Assembly: GCA_046598435.1 (NCBI GenBank) | Contig: JBKJIL010000093.1 | Location: 1-47,821 of the forward strand | Direction of reading: 5' to 3' | DNA length: 47,821 nt | DNA from: Acidimicrobiales bacterium | Lineage (GTDB): Bacteria > Actinomycetota > Acidimicrobiia > Acidimicrobiales > VFJN01 | In this document: piece after piece, positions 27,651 through 37,084 of the stretch | Numbering within the stretch: the stretch's first letter is position 1 | How the letters are laid out: each line of letters begins with the position of its first letter | Translations under genes and position numbers: made by a program | The notes under the pieces: generated by a model | What the model saw: the letters and a program-made list of their open reading frames with translations, nothing else | What the model was told of the DNA's origin: nothing | Databases searched by the model: none

Positions 27651-28304
27651 GTGGTCGATGGTCCCGTCACTCGAGCGAGCGCGCCCAGGGCCGCCGTGAT
27701 CGTGCCCGTGAAGGCCTTCGCCCGCGCCAAGCTCCGCCTGGCGCCGATGCTGGAGCCGGCCACCCGCGCCGAGCTCGCACGGGCCATGGCGACGCGCGTC
27801 CTGCGGGCGGCCGGACCGCTCCCCGCCTTCGTGGTCTGCGACGACGACGAGGTGCGGGCCTGGGCCGAACGTCAGGGCGCAGAGGCGGTCTGGACCCCGG
27901 GTCTGGGCCTCAACGGCGCCGTCGAGGCGGGGATCGACCACCTGGCCCGCCGGAACGTCGACCTGGCCATCGTCGCCCATGCCGATCTCCCGCTGGCGGT
28001 CGACCTGGCCTGGCTGGCCGACGCCGGCACGGGCTACGCCACCCTCGTGCCCGACCGCCACCGAGACGGCACCAACGTGGCCTGCGTCCCGACCGGGGCC
28101 GGGTTCCGCTTCGCCTACGGGGCGGCCAGCTTCGCCACGCACCGGGCCGAAGCAGCTCGGCTCGGACTCCTGGCCCGCCTGGTGCCCGACGACCGCCTCG
28201 GGTGGGACGTCGACGTGCCCGGCGACCTCCAGCTGCCCGACCACCTTCGGCTGCCCGGGGACATCGCCGCCCTCCTGACCGCGGCGGCGGCACCGTGTCC
28301 CTGA
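27651..28304 (+). CDS. cofC: 2-phospho-L-lactate/phosphoenolpyruvate guanylyltransferase (F420 biosynthesis)
   Basis: IVPVKAFARAKLRL, GLNGAV, HADLPL, PDRHRDGTN, FAYGAASFATH, DVDVPGDL. Confidence 0.9.
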   Translation: MVDGPVTRASAPRAAVIVPVKAFARAKLRLAPMLEPATRAELARAMATRVLRAAGPLPAFVVCDDDEVRAWAERQGAEAVWTPGLGLNGAVEAGIDHLARRNVDLAIVAHADLPLAVDLAWLADAGTGYATLVPDRHRDGTNVACVPTGAGFRFAYGAASFATHRAEAARLGLLARLVPDDRLGWDVDVPGDLQLPDHLRLPGDIAALLTAAAAPCP

Positions 28305-29032
28305 ACCTGCCCACCCCGGCCGTGGCCCTGGCCATCGGGGCCCACCCCGACGACGTCGAGTTCGGGTGTGGTGCCACCTTGGCCAAGTGGTCGGCGGCCG
28401 GGTGCGTGGTGCACCACCTGATCTGCACGGATGGCTCGAAGGGCAGCTGGGACCCGTCCACCGACACAGCCGAGCTCGTGGTGGCCCGCCAAGCGGAGCA
28501 ACGAGCGGCCGCCGCCGCACTCGGCGCCACGGGGCAGTGCGTGTTCCTGGGCTGGCCGGACGGCGAGCTCGAGTCGGGGTTGCGCCAGCGCTGGGAGCTG
28601 GCCTACTGGATCCGACGTCTGCAGCCCACCGTCGTGCTGGGTCACGACCCTTGGAAGCGCTACCGGTTGCACCCCGACCACCGCCACGCCGGCCTGCTGA
28701 CCGTGGAGGGCGTCGTGGCCGCCCGCGATCCTCACTTCTTCCCGGAGCAGGCCCTCGCCCATCACCGACCCGAGACGCTCCTGCTCTTCGAGGCCGACGA
28801 GCCCGATCACGTCGAGGACGTCGCCGGTCACGCCGACGCCAAGCTGGCCGCCCTGCACGCCCACACCAGCCAGCTGCTCTCCACGATGCACATCGACGCC
28901 GACGCCGACCCGACCGAGCGCGACCGTCAGGCCCGTGCCTTCTACGACCGCATGCGAGCAGCACTGGCCCGCCACGGGGCGCTCGGCGGTGTGGACCAGG
29001 GCGAGGCCTTCAAGCTGCTCGACGACCTGTAG
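28295..29032 (+). CDS. PIG-L/LmbE family deacetylase
   Basis: GAHPDDVEFG, TDGSKG, RQAEQ, HPDHRH, KLAALHAHTSQ. Confidence 0.92.
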   Translation: MSLNLPTPAVALAIGAHPDDVEFGCGATLAKWSAAGCVVHHLICTDGSKGSWDPSTDTAELVVARQAEQRAAAAALGATGQCVFLGWPDGELESGLRQRWELAYWIRRLQPTVVLGHDPWKRYRLHPDHRHAGLLTVEGVVAARDPHFFPEQALAHHRPETLLLFEADEPDHVEDVAGHADAKLAALHAHTSQLLSTMHIDADADPTERDRQARAFYDRMRAALARHGALGGVDQGEAFKLLDDL

Positions 29033-29035
29033 CGA

Positions 29036-29953
29036 TCAGCCGGCCCGGATGGCGGCCAGCTCGGCGCGGTCGTCGCTGTCGAAGTCGCGGGGGATGCCAC
29101 CCTCGAGCAGCTGGACGACGAGATCCGACTCCACCTGCCAGTACATGACCGAGCGGCGGTTGCGGGAGTGGCCCGGGTGGTCGGGGTCGCCGCGCCCGGT
29201 GCCGAGCACGAGGTCCACCAGCCCGAGCAGGTGCCCGACCTCGTGGACCGACACCGCGTCCTCCACCACGGCCGGGTCGACGAGAAGGCCGGCGGCCGAG
29301 TCGATCTGGTCGACGAACACGGCCGCCACATCGCCGGCCACGGCCACGCCCAGCACCCCGGTGTCGCCCTCGAACGTGCCCCGGAGGAACAGCAGGCGCA
29401 GCACCACCTGCGCGCGGCCGGACTCGATCTGAGCCATCGAGGCAGCCGCGTCGACGATGTCCCGGGCACTCCAGTCCTTCCCCGTCCCGAGCAGCTGGTC
29501 CACGCCGTCCACCCCCACCTCCTTGCCGGAGGCGCTGCGCAGCACGTCCACGAGGTGGTCGAGCGTCTCTCCCCTGGGGCTGGCGCCGGCCTGGGCGCGC
29601 ACCTCCACCACCACCCGGTCCCCCCGACCCGGTCGCAGGAGGGCGGGGCCGAGCTGGCCGACGCGCCCCGAGCCGACGGGGAGCACGTTGCCCTCTTCAC
29701 TTCCGTCGGTGGCGGAAGGAGGCTGGCCGCCGTCGTCGGCGAGGCCGTCGGCGGTGACGGGAGGCCCTCCGCCACCCGTGGTGGTGGTGCTGGTGGGATC
29801 GTCGATCCCCCCGGCCGGGGGAGCGCCCGCGCCGGTCGTGGTGCTGGCGTCGGGTCGCCCAGGGCCCGCCCCTTCCGACCCCCCGCCGCACGCGGCGGCC
29901 AGCAGGGCCAGCGACGCCAGCACCAGTCCCGTCCGTCGCCCCAGTGCAGCCAT
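29036..29953 (-). CDS. Lipoprotein with zinc metallopeptidase motif
   Basis: Lipobox LAAAC, Thr/Gly/Pro linker, HEVGHLLGLVD...HPGHS...SVMY. Confidence 0.8.
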   Translation of the reverse strand: MAALGRRTGLVLASLALLAAACGGGSEGAGPGRPDASTTTGAGAPPAGGIDDPTSTTTTGGGGPPVTADGLADDGGQPPSATDGSEEGNVLPVGSGRVGQLGPALLRPGRGDRVVVEVRAQAGASPRGETLDHLVDVLRSASGKEVGVDGVDQLLGTGKDWSARDIVDAAASMAQIESGRAQVVLRLLFLRGTFEGDTGVLGVAVAGDVAAVFVDQIDSAAGLLVDPAVVEDAVSVHEVGHLLGLVDLVLGTGRGDPDHPGHSRNRRSVMYWQVESDLVVQLLEGGIPRDFDSDDRAELAAIRAG

Positions 29954-29986
29954 CGGGGAGCAACCTACCCAGCGGGGCGGGGCGGA

Positions 29987-30538
29987 TCAGTTCAGGCTGG
30001 GGTGGGGCGGGAAGAGCGAGAGCCGCGCCAGCGATCCGTGCTGGCGGGCCAGGATCCGCCGCCAGAGCGAGGCGCCGTCGGCAAGGAACGGGTCGCTCGG
30101 CTCGGCGTCGACCACGAACCAGGCCTCCTGGGACAGCTCGTCGTCGAGCTGTCCCGGACCCCAGCCCGAGTACCCGGCGTAGAGGCGCAGGTCGGTGATC
30201 CAGCTCGACACCTCCGCGGGGTCGAGCTCGAGGTCGACGAGGCCGAGATCGCCCAGCAGGCGCACCACGCCGGGTCGGCCCACTGGGTCGAGCACCCGGG
30301 CGAGGCACCAGCCGCTCTGGCTCTCCACCGGGCCACCGACGTGCACGACGGCGGGTTCGGTGGCCAGCCGATCCCAGCTGGGGAGGGCCCCGGCGACCGA
30401 GAGGTCGGTCGGGCGGTTGAGCACGAGGCCGAGCGCACCGTCGTCGCTGTGCTCGATCATGAGCACGACAGCCCGATCGAAGTTGGGGTCGCCGAGCATC
30501 GGCTCGGCCACCAGCAACCGACCGGCGGTGCAGCTCAC
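29987..30538 (-). CDS. YqgE/AlgH (DUF179) family protein
   Basis: GRLLVAEP.LGDPNFDRAVV, GALGLVLNRP, GGPV, AGYSGWGPGQLDDEL, HPSLN. Confidence 0.93.
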   Translation of the reverse strand: MSCTAGRLLVAEPMLGDPNFDRAVVLMIEHSDDGALGLVLNRPTDLSVAGALPSWDRLATEPAVVHVGGPVESQSGWCLARVLDPVGRPGVVRLLGDLGLVDLELDPAEVSSWITDLRLYAGYSGWGPGQLDDELSQEAWFVVDAEPSDPFLADGASLWRRILARQHGSLARLSLFPPHPSLN

Positions 30539-30586
30539 CGCATCAGTCTCGCGCCGAGCGCAGGTCGGGGCGCGTACGGTGGCCCG

Positions 30587-30802
30587 ATGCTCCCCGATGG
30601 CACCTACGACGTGATCGTGGTCGACGCCGCCACCCGTCCCGACGGCTTGCACCTCGAGGTGACCATCCTCGGCGGCGATCACAAGGGCGAGGTCGTGTCG
30701 GTGTGCGCCACCGGCCTCGCCGTCGACGAGGTCGACGCCCTGGGCACACCCGGCACCCTGCGCGTGGACGGGGGCGCCCCCGCTCTCACGCTCGAGCCGT
30801 AG
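30587..30802 (+). CDS. Small hypothetical protein (71 aa, beta-rich)
   Basis: MLPDGTYDVIVVDA...LEVTILGGDHKGEVVSV...GTPGTLRVDGG; GC3-rich codons; fills the intergenic gap. Confidence 0.7.
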   Translation: MLPDGTYDVIVVDAATRPDGLHLEVTILGGDHKGEVVSVCATGLAVDEVDALGTPGTLRVDGGAPALTLEP

Positions 30803-30823
30803 TAGGAAGGCCGTAGTAGGAAG
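30796..30823. repeat. Perfect 14-bp tandem duplication
   Basis: GCCGTAGTAGGAAG x2, spanning the stop codon of the small gene. Confidence 0.85.
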
Positions 30824-30854
30824 AGACCCGCCGCCACACGATGAGGGGAACGCC

Positions 30855-32291
30855 ATGCAGCGACTGACCGGGCTCGACGCGTCCTTCCTGGCCCTGGAGA
30901 CGCCAACGTCGCACATGCACGTGGCGAGCCTCGGGATCTACGACCCCTCCACGGCGGCGGGGGGCATGACCCTCGACCGCGTCACCGCCATCTACACCGG
31001 TCGGCTGCACCTGGCCCCGCCGTTCCGGCGGCGCCTGGCCACCGTGCCGTTCGGGCTCCACCATCCGCTCTGGATCGAGGACCCGGACTTCGACATCGCC
31101 AACCACATCGTGCACACGGCGATCCCGGCCCCCGGCGGGCCCGACGAGCTGGCCAACCTGGTGGGCCGCCTGGTGGCCCAGCCGCTCGACCGCACCCGGC
31201 CCCTCTGGGAGATCTGGCTGATCGAGGGCCTCGAGGGCGGCAACGTGGGCCTGCTCAGCAAGGTGCACCACGCAGCCATCGACGGCGCGTCGGGCAACGA
31301 GCTGCTCGTCGCCCTGCTCGACCTCACGCCTGAGATCGCCGAGCACGCGCCCGACACCTCGTGGCAGCCCGATCGCCAGCCCACCGATGCGGAGCTGCTC
31401 GGCTACGCGGCCTCTTCGCTGGCCCGCCAGCCAGTTCGCGTGGCCAAGGCCCTGGCCCGCACCACCACCGCAGCGCTGGAGGTGCGCCGGCTGGGGCAGG
31501 CGTCCACCTCATCGGTCCTGCCCCCCGCCCCCTTTGCGGCGCCTCGCACCTCGTTCAACACAGCCCTCACACCGCGGCGGAGCTACGCCTACACCTCGCT
31601 CTCCCTGCCCACGGTGAAGGCCGTGAAGGCGGCCATCGGGTGCACCGTGAACGACGTCGTGCTCGGGCTGTGCGGCGCTGCCCTGCGCGACTACCTGGAC
31701 GATCGAGGCGAGCAGCTCGATGCACCGCTCGTGGCGATGGTGCCGGTGTCGGTGCGCTCGGACGACGAGCGCGACGCGATGGGCAACAAGGTGAGCTCGA
31801 TGCTCACGTCGCTGGCCACGGATGTCGACGATCCGACCGACCGGCTCAAGGTCATCCACGAGTGCATGACCGAGGCCAAGGGCCAGCAGCAGGCCATCGG
31901 CGCCGACACCCTCCAGGAGTGGACGGAGTTCGCGGCGCCGGCGCTGCTCGGCCGCGCAGCACGGCTCTACTCCCGCATGAAGTGGGCCGACGCGCACCGG
32001 CCCCTCTTCAACGTCACGATCTCCAACGTGCCGGGGCCGAACTTCCCGCTGTACTCCGCCGGCGCCAAGCTGCTCGCCAACTACCCCGTCGGGCCGATCA
32101 TGGACGGCAGCGGGCTGAACATGACGGTGATGAGCTACCTCGACCAGCTCGACTTCGGCCTGCTGGCCTGCCCGGACGTGCTCGACGACGTGTGGGCGGT
32201 GGCCGACGGCCTCCACGCCGCACTGGCCGAGCTCGTCGAGGCCACGGGCGTCACGCCCGCCGACGCCGCCAAGCACAGCCGCGTGGGCTGA
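30855..32291 (+). CDS. Wax ester synthase/diacylglycerol acyltransferase (WS/DGAT)
   Basis: LTGLDASFL, HMHV, LDRTRPLWE, catalytic HHAAIDG, TVNDVVL, PVSVR, ISNVPGP. Confidence 0.96.
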   Translation: MQRLTGLDASFLALETPTSHMHVASLGIYDPSTAAGGMTLDRVTAIYTGRLHLAPPFRRRLATVPFGLHHPLWIEDPDFDIANHIVHTAIPAPGGPDELANLVGRLVAQPLDRTRPLWEIWLIEGLEGGNVGLLSKVHHAAIDGASGNELLVALLDLTPEIAEHAPDTSWQPDRQPTDAELLGYAASSLARQPVRVAKALARTTTAALEVRRLGQASTSSVLPPAPFAAPRTSFNTALTPRRSYAYTSLSLPTVKAVKAAIGCTVNDVVLGLCGAALRDYLDDRGEQLDAPLVAMVPVSVRSDDERDAMGNKVSSMLTSLATDVDDPTDRLKVIHECMTEAKGQQQAIGADTLQEWTEFAAPALLGRAARLYSRMKWADAHRPLFNVTISNVPGPNFPLYSAGAKLLANYPVGPIMDGSGLNMTVMSYLDQLDFGLLACPDVLDDVWAVADGLHAALAELVEATGVTPADAAKHSRVG

Positions 32292-32297
32292 GGCGAC

Positions 32298-32753
32298 TCA
32301 GGCCTCCACGATGGACCGGGCCCGCTCGAGGGTCTGGCGCATGCCGTCGAGGTTGGTCTTGTTGCGGGCCCGACCGGCGATGGCCCAGTACACCTTGGTG
32401 AACGGGTTGTCGGCCAGGCGGAACGACTCGGTGACGTCGGCACCGCCGTCGGTCGCCGTCATCTCGTAGCGCCACGAGTTGACGACCTGGTCACGGGGAC
32501 CGACCACATCGAAGGCGAACACGCGCCCCGGCTCGCACTCGGTCACCTTGCACTTCGTCCAGTACACGGGTCCGCGCCCGTTGCGCTTCACGTGGCCACG
32601 GAACCGGGCCCCCACCGCGGGAGCGCTGGCGCCATCGAGCCACTCGCCCTCGAAGGTCTCGGGCGAGAGCTCGCCGATCCGGGTGACGTCGCTGACGAGC
32701 GCCCAGACCTCCTCGGGTGATGCCTGCATGTGGACGGTCACTGAGTCGTGCAT
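32298..32753 (-). CDS. SRPBCC family protein
   Basis: ASPEEVWALVSDVTRIGELSPE, GARFRG, WRY, VTES. Confidence 0.9.
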   Translation of the reverse strand: MHDSVTVHMQASPEEVWALVSDVTRIGELSPETFEGEWLDGASAPAVGARFRGHVKRNGRGPVYWTKCKVTECEPGRVFAFDVVGPRDQVVNSWRYEMTATDGGADVTESFRLADNPFTKVYWAIAGRARNKTNLDGMRQTLERARSIVEA

Positions 32754-32996
32754 GCTGCGACGCTAAACCAGCGGACCCGCGATCGACGATCGCCACCGGT
32801 CAGGGCACGACGGGCCGCGTCTGCAGCATCCACCATCGGCGGAGCGCGGTGCGCTTCACTGAGCAGCGGTGACCCATCGGGCGATCCACACCTCCGCGGC
32901 ACTCTCCGACCGGCGCTCGCCGGCGACCCGGACGACGCCCCTGGCCCGCCGCCAGCACCATCCCATCACCCGTTCCAGTGACCCTTTGGGGGGCCC

Positions 32997-34379
32997 TTGA
33001 CCGATCTCCTTGCCGACCAGGCGCGCACCAGCGCGCCCGAGCCCACCACCGCCGTGAGGATGGTGCTCGACACGTCGGTTCTGATCTCCGACCCGGACGC
33101 CATCACCGCCTTCCCGGGCGCCGACACGGTGATCCCGCTGGTGGTGGTGGAGGAGCTCGATCAGCACAAGAGTCGGATGGACGACGTGGGGCGGGCGGCC
33201 CGGGCCGTGATCCGCTCCATCGAGGAGCTGCGGGTGGCCAACGGCGGCGACATCCGCACCCCGGTGGCACTGCCCAACGGCGGCACGCTGCGCATCGAGA
33301 CCAACGGCCTGCACCTCAACGAGATCCGCGAGCACGGCCTCGACCCCGCCAAGAACGACAACCGCATCCTCGCTGCCTCGCTCGGCCAGGCGGTGCACGG
33401 CCGGACCGTCGTCGTCTCGAACGACGCCGCACTGCGCATCAAGGCCGCACAGCTGGGCCTCGAGGCCATGGAGCACCATCGCCTGCGGGGCCGGGCCTCC
33501 TTCGACCGGCCGGTGGGCTGGCGCACGATCGAGGTGAGCTCGGCCACCGTCGACGCCGTGTACACGGATCCGAACGGCCTCGCGATCGACGACCTCCCGC
33601 CGGGGGATGTGGCCCAGGTGCGCGATGAGCTCACGGACCGCTACGCCGTGCTCAGGGCGGGAAGCCAGTCGGTCCTCGTGCGCCACCACGACGGCGAGCT
33701 CGAGGCGCTGCTGCGCGTGCCCGAGCCCTGGGGCCTGCGGCCGCGCTCCAAGGAGCAGCAGTTCGCCCTCGACCTCCTGCTCGACCCGGAGGTGCGGATC
33801 GTCGCCCTCGACGGCATGGCCGGCACGGGCAAGACCCTCCTCGCCCTCGCCGCCGGCCTCGAGCAGGTCATGGAGTCCAACCTCTACGACAAGCTCAGCA
33901 TCTACCGGCCCGTCGTGCCCGTGGGCAAGGCCGAGCTGGGGTTCCTCCCCGGCACGCTCGACGAGAAGCTCAACCCCTGGATGACCGCCGTGCACGACGC
34001 GCTGGTCGCCCTCACGGAGCGACGCAGCCACGCCGACGCCCGCGCCATCCTCGAGGAGCTCACCGAGCGGGAGAAGCTGTCGCTGGAGGCCGTGACCTAC
34101 CTGCGCGGCCGCTCGCTGCACGGCACCTACGTGCTGGTCGACGAGGCGCAGAACCTCGAGCCCACCACCCTGAAGACGATCCTCACCCGCGTCGGTGAGG
34201 GCACCAAGGTGGTGTTCACCGGCGACACCAGCCAGATCGACGCCCCGTACCTCTCCGAGCACAACAACGCCGTGTCCGTGCTCATCGACGCCTTCGACGG
34301 CGAGCGCTGCTTCGGCCACGTCCGCCTCGCCCACTGCGAGCGCTCCGAGGTGGCGTCGCTGGCCGCGCAGCGGCTCTGA
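32997..34379 (+). CDS. PIN-PhoH protein (PhoH2/YlaK-like)
   Basis: PIN domain VLDTSVL...VVEELD...NDNRIL...SND; PhoH domain GMAGTGKT, GFLPG, YLRGRSL, DEAQN, GDTSQID. Confidence 0.93.
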   Translation: MTDLLADQARTSAPEPTTAVRMVLDTSVLISDPDAITAFPGADTVIPLVVVEELDQHKSRMDDVGRAARAVIRSIEELRVANGGDIRTPVALPNGGTLRIETNGLHLNEIREHGLDPAKNDNRILAASLGQAVHGRTVVVSNDAALRIKAAQLGLEAMEHHRLRGRASFDRPVGWRTIEVSSATVDAVYTDPNGLAIDDLPPGDVAQVRDELTDRYAVLRAGSQSVLVRHHDGELEALLRVPEPWGLRPRSKEQQFALDLLLDPEVRIVALDGMAGTGKTLLALAAGLEQVMESNLYDKLSIYRPVVPVGKAELGFLPGTLDEKLNPWMTAVHDALVALTERRSHADARAILEELTEREKLSLEAVTYLRGRSLHGTYVLVDEAQNLEPTTLKTILTRVGEGTKVVFTGDTSQIDAPYLSEHNNAVSVLIDAFDGERCFGHVRLAHCERSEVASLAAQRL

Positions 34380-34474
34380 GCACCGCGACGGGGCCGGTAG
34401 CGGGGGACGGCCAGGACAGACAAGCGCAGGCATGGCAGCGCTCGACGGGGTCGCCGTCGTAGCCTGACGCCATC

Positions 34475-35251
34475 GTGACGACCCCCGACGACGAGCTCGA
34501 CGATCTAGCGGGTCCCCCGCACGTGCACTCGCCATGGGGTCTCATCGACGACCCTGAGGTGGTGGCCGCGGCGGCCGCAGCCAGCGACGACGCTCGCCAC
34601 GACCCACCGCTGGTGGCGTCGCTGCTCGCGCTCATCGACGACGCCGCGTCGCGCCTCATCGACCACCCGATCAGGCCACGGGTGAAGATGACTGCCGCCG
34701 GCATGCTGCGGGGCGAGCTCGACGTCGTGAAGATCGAGGTGCCGGCTGTGCTGGCCGCCGGGCTCGTGATCGATCGCCTCGTGATCCGAGCCGAGCACGT
34801 GCGCATCACGCCCGGGCTCCCGCCCCACCTCCAGGCTGGTCCGGTGTCGCTCAGGGCCTACGTCACCCAGAGCAACGTGGATCGCTGGACGCGCACGGCC
34901 CACCTGCCCATCCGGCTCGCCCTCACCACCGACGGCGTGATGCTCACCACCGGGGTGCGCGGCTTCAAGATGAGCGAGACCGTGGCCGACCTCGAGGTGG
35001 CCGGTCGCTTCCTGCGCCTGCAACCGAAGCGGATGACCATCGTCGGGCTGCCCACTCCGCTGGTGCGGTTCCTCCGCGGCTACCTGCCGCTGCCCCCGCT
35101 GCCGCGAGGCGCCCGCATCACCGAGGTGCGTCCTGGTGACGGCGAGCTCGCCGTCACCTTCGAGCTCGAGCACCTCGACGAGCCCCTCACCCCGGACATC
35201 GCGCGACGGGTGCGCTCGCTCACCCGCCTCCCCATCCCCGGCTTGCGCTGA
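34475..35251 (+). CDS. Hypothetical protein, possibly LmeA/DUF2993-like lipid-binding
   Basis: Beta-rich pattern GMLRGELDVVKIE...LPLPPLPRGARITEVRPGDGELAVT, reminiscent of DUF2993. Confidence 0.55.
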   Translation: MTTPDDELDDLAGPPHVHSPWGLIDDPEVVAAAAAASDDARHDPPLVASLLALIDDAASRLIDHPIRPRVKMTAAGMLRGELDVVKIEVPAVLAAGLVIDRLVIRAEHVRITPGLPPHLQAGPVSLRAYVTQSNVDRWTRTAHLPIRLALTTDGVMLTTGVRGFKMSETVADLEVAGRFLRLQPKRMTIVGLPTPLVRFLRGYLPLPPLPRGARITEVRPGDGELAVTFELEHLDEPLTPDIARRVRSLTRLPIPGLR

Positions 35252-35325
35252 CCCGACGAGCATCCACCACCTCACCCCACCGCGTTCCTACGCTCGCTGA
35301 CACCAAGCGGACTGCGGGGAACGCC

Positions 35326-36003
35326 ATGCGCCGACGGCCAGTGGTCTACGGGCTCGACATCGAAACGGACACCACGGAGAACGGCCTCGACCCCCGGGTG
35401 GCTGCCGTCGTCACCGTCGCCTTGGCCGGTCCTGGCTACGAGGAGATCTTCACCGGTCCTGAGCACGTCCTGCTGGCAGAGCTCGACGAACGGCTGCGCC
35501 AGCTCGAGCCCGGCGTGCTGGCCACCTGGAACGGCGCCGCCTTCGACCTCCCCTTCATCGCCGATCGAGCGGCGCGATGGGAGCTGCCCCTCGGCCTGCG
35601 GTTGCAGCTCGACCCCCGCATCACCATGCCCCGGACCCCGCTGCCGGGCCACGTCGGCGCCTACCGGGCCAGCTGGTACGGCCACGACCACCTCGATGCC
35701 TACCGCGTCTACCGCGGCGACGTGGGCCCGTCCCTGCGCATCTCCTGCTCGCTGAAGGCCATCGCCCGCTTCGTGGGTCTGGCTCCCATCGAGGTCGACC
35801 GCACCCAGATCCACGAGCTGTCCAACGAGGTGCTGCACGCCTACGCGGCGAGCGATGCCCGCCTGGCCCGCATCCTCGCCGAGCGCCGGTGGGGCACGGC
35901 CTCCCGGTGCATCGACCACGTCGAGGACCTCGTCGACGCTCACCTCGACGACGCCCACCACGTCGACGCTCACCTCCACCACCGGCGAGCGCTCAGCGCC
36001 TGA
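35326..36003 (+). CDS. DEDDy 3'-5' exonuclease (DnaQ/RNase H-like fold)
   Basis: ExoI GLDIETD, ExoII WNGAAFDLPFI, SLK, ExoIII YAASDA. Confidence 0.85.
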   Translation: MRRRPVVYGLDIETDTTENGLDPRVAAVVTVALAGPGYEEIFTGPEHVLLAELDERLRQLEPGVLATWNGAAFDLPFIADRAARWELPLGLRLQLDPRITMPRTPLPGHVGAYRASWYGHDHLDAYRVYRGDVGPSLRISCSLKAIARFVGLAPIEVDRTQIHELSNEVLHAYAASDARLARILAERRWGTASRCIDHVEDLVDAHLDDAHHVDAHLHHRRALSA

Positions 36004-36123
36004 TCTGGCCCTCGCCGTGCCCGCACCGGCATGGCATGCTCAGCCCACGGCCCGCTGCGCTTGGCGCGGCACCCTCGCGATCGCCGGATCGCCTCCCGAC
36101 CCCACCGTCGCTGCGAGGTGCCT

Positions 36124-37008
36124 GTGCGATCCCTCACCACATCCCATCGGCGCTTGCACGCGCCAGCCGCTCCCGACCGGTTGCTCGACACCGTGGCCGA
36201 CCTGGTCGACCGGGCCGATCTCGACGGCCTCGACGGCCTCGACGGCGCCCACCAGATCGTGCGGGTCGTCGACGACGGCGACCACCTCACGGTCGGCACC
36301 CGGGCCCTGCCCCCCGGCACCCACCCGTTCACCGAGCTGGCCGGGTGGACCGCACCGGCGAGCTGGGCCATCTTCGGGTTGCGCGTGCGCGGCCAGGGCC
36401 GCCACCTCACGCTCGATGGGCCGCCGGAGGCCACCACTGCGACCTATGTGATCGACCGGCGCGGCGCCGAGCGCTCCATCCTTCGCACCGGTGCCCGGTC
36501 CACGCGGTTGCCGGGACCGGCCATGGGAACCCTCCCCGACCTGTGCCGCCGGGTGCTCGGACTGCCCACCGCTCCCGCACCCGCCACCAGCGCCTCCTTC
36601 TGGACCACGCGCTGGATGGATGCGCTGCTCGAGTCGTGGCATGCGCCGGGCGGGCGCGACGAGCTGCGGTCATGGCTCGCTCTGGCTCGCCGCCACCCGG
36701 CGGCAGGCACGAGCGACACCGGCGACCTGGCGGAGCCGACTCGCCTCGTGCAGGTGGCCACCGCCCATGCCGAGCGGTGGACCTGGGCGCGGCTGCGGGC
36801 CGAACCGACCGTGCTCTGCCTCCCCGATGGCGAGCTCCCGCCCACGGTCAGCGAGTGGATGGACGACGGCTTCCTCGCCCGCTGGTCGCTCGGCGCCTTC
36901 CCCGAGCCGGCGACGCTGCTCCAGGACCTGCTGAGCCTGCTCCCCGACGATCTGCGCCGGCCTCTGCTGGAGACGGTCGTCGCCCTCTTGGAGCCCGATC
37001 CCGCCTGA
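36124..37008 (+). CDS. Hypothetical protein
   Basis: Long ORF with GC3-rich codons (HPFTELAGWTAPASW, CRRVLGLPTAP, WMDDG). Start uncertain (36031-36124). Confidence 0.7.
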   Translation: MRSLTTSHRRLHAPAAPDRLLDTVADLVDRADLDGLDGLDGAHQIVRVVDDGDHLTVGTRALPPGTHPFTELAGWTAPASWAIFGLRVRGQGRHLTLDGPPEATTATYVIDRRGAERSILRTGARSTRLPGPAMGTLPDLCRRVLGLPTAPAPATSASFWTTRWMDALLESWHAPGGRDELRSWLALARRHPAAGTSDTGDLAEPTRLVQVATAHAERWTWARLRAEPTVLCLPDGELPPTVSEWMDDGFLARWSLGAFPEPATLLQDLLSLLPDDLRRPLLETVVALLEPDPA

Positions 37009-37084
37009 GGCGGGGCGGCGCGCACCGTATGCTCCCGCCCGTGCGACATCCGGTCCATCCTGTGCCATCCCAGCGTCCTCGGCC

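Noticed and set aside
32754-32996. ncRNA or tRNA in the 240-bp gap before PIN-PhoH
   Set aside because: No cloverleaf, T-loop or recognisable riboswitch motif; only short GC stems expected by chance.
32997-37008. Anti-phage defence island (PIN-PhoH plus exonuclease)
   Set aside because: PIN-PhoH is a common housekeeping-type gene in actinobacteria, composition matches the surroundings, and no recognisable defence genes are present.
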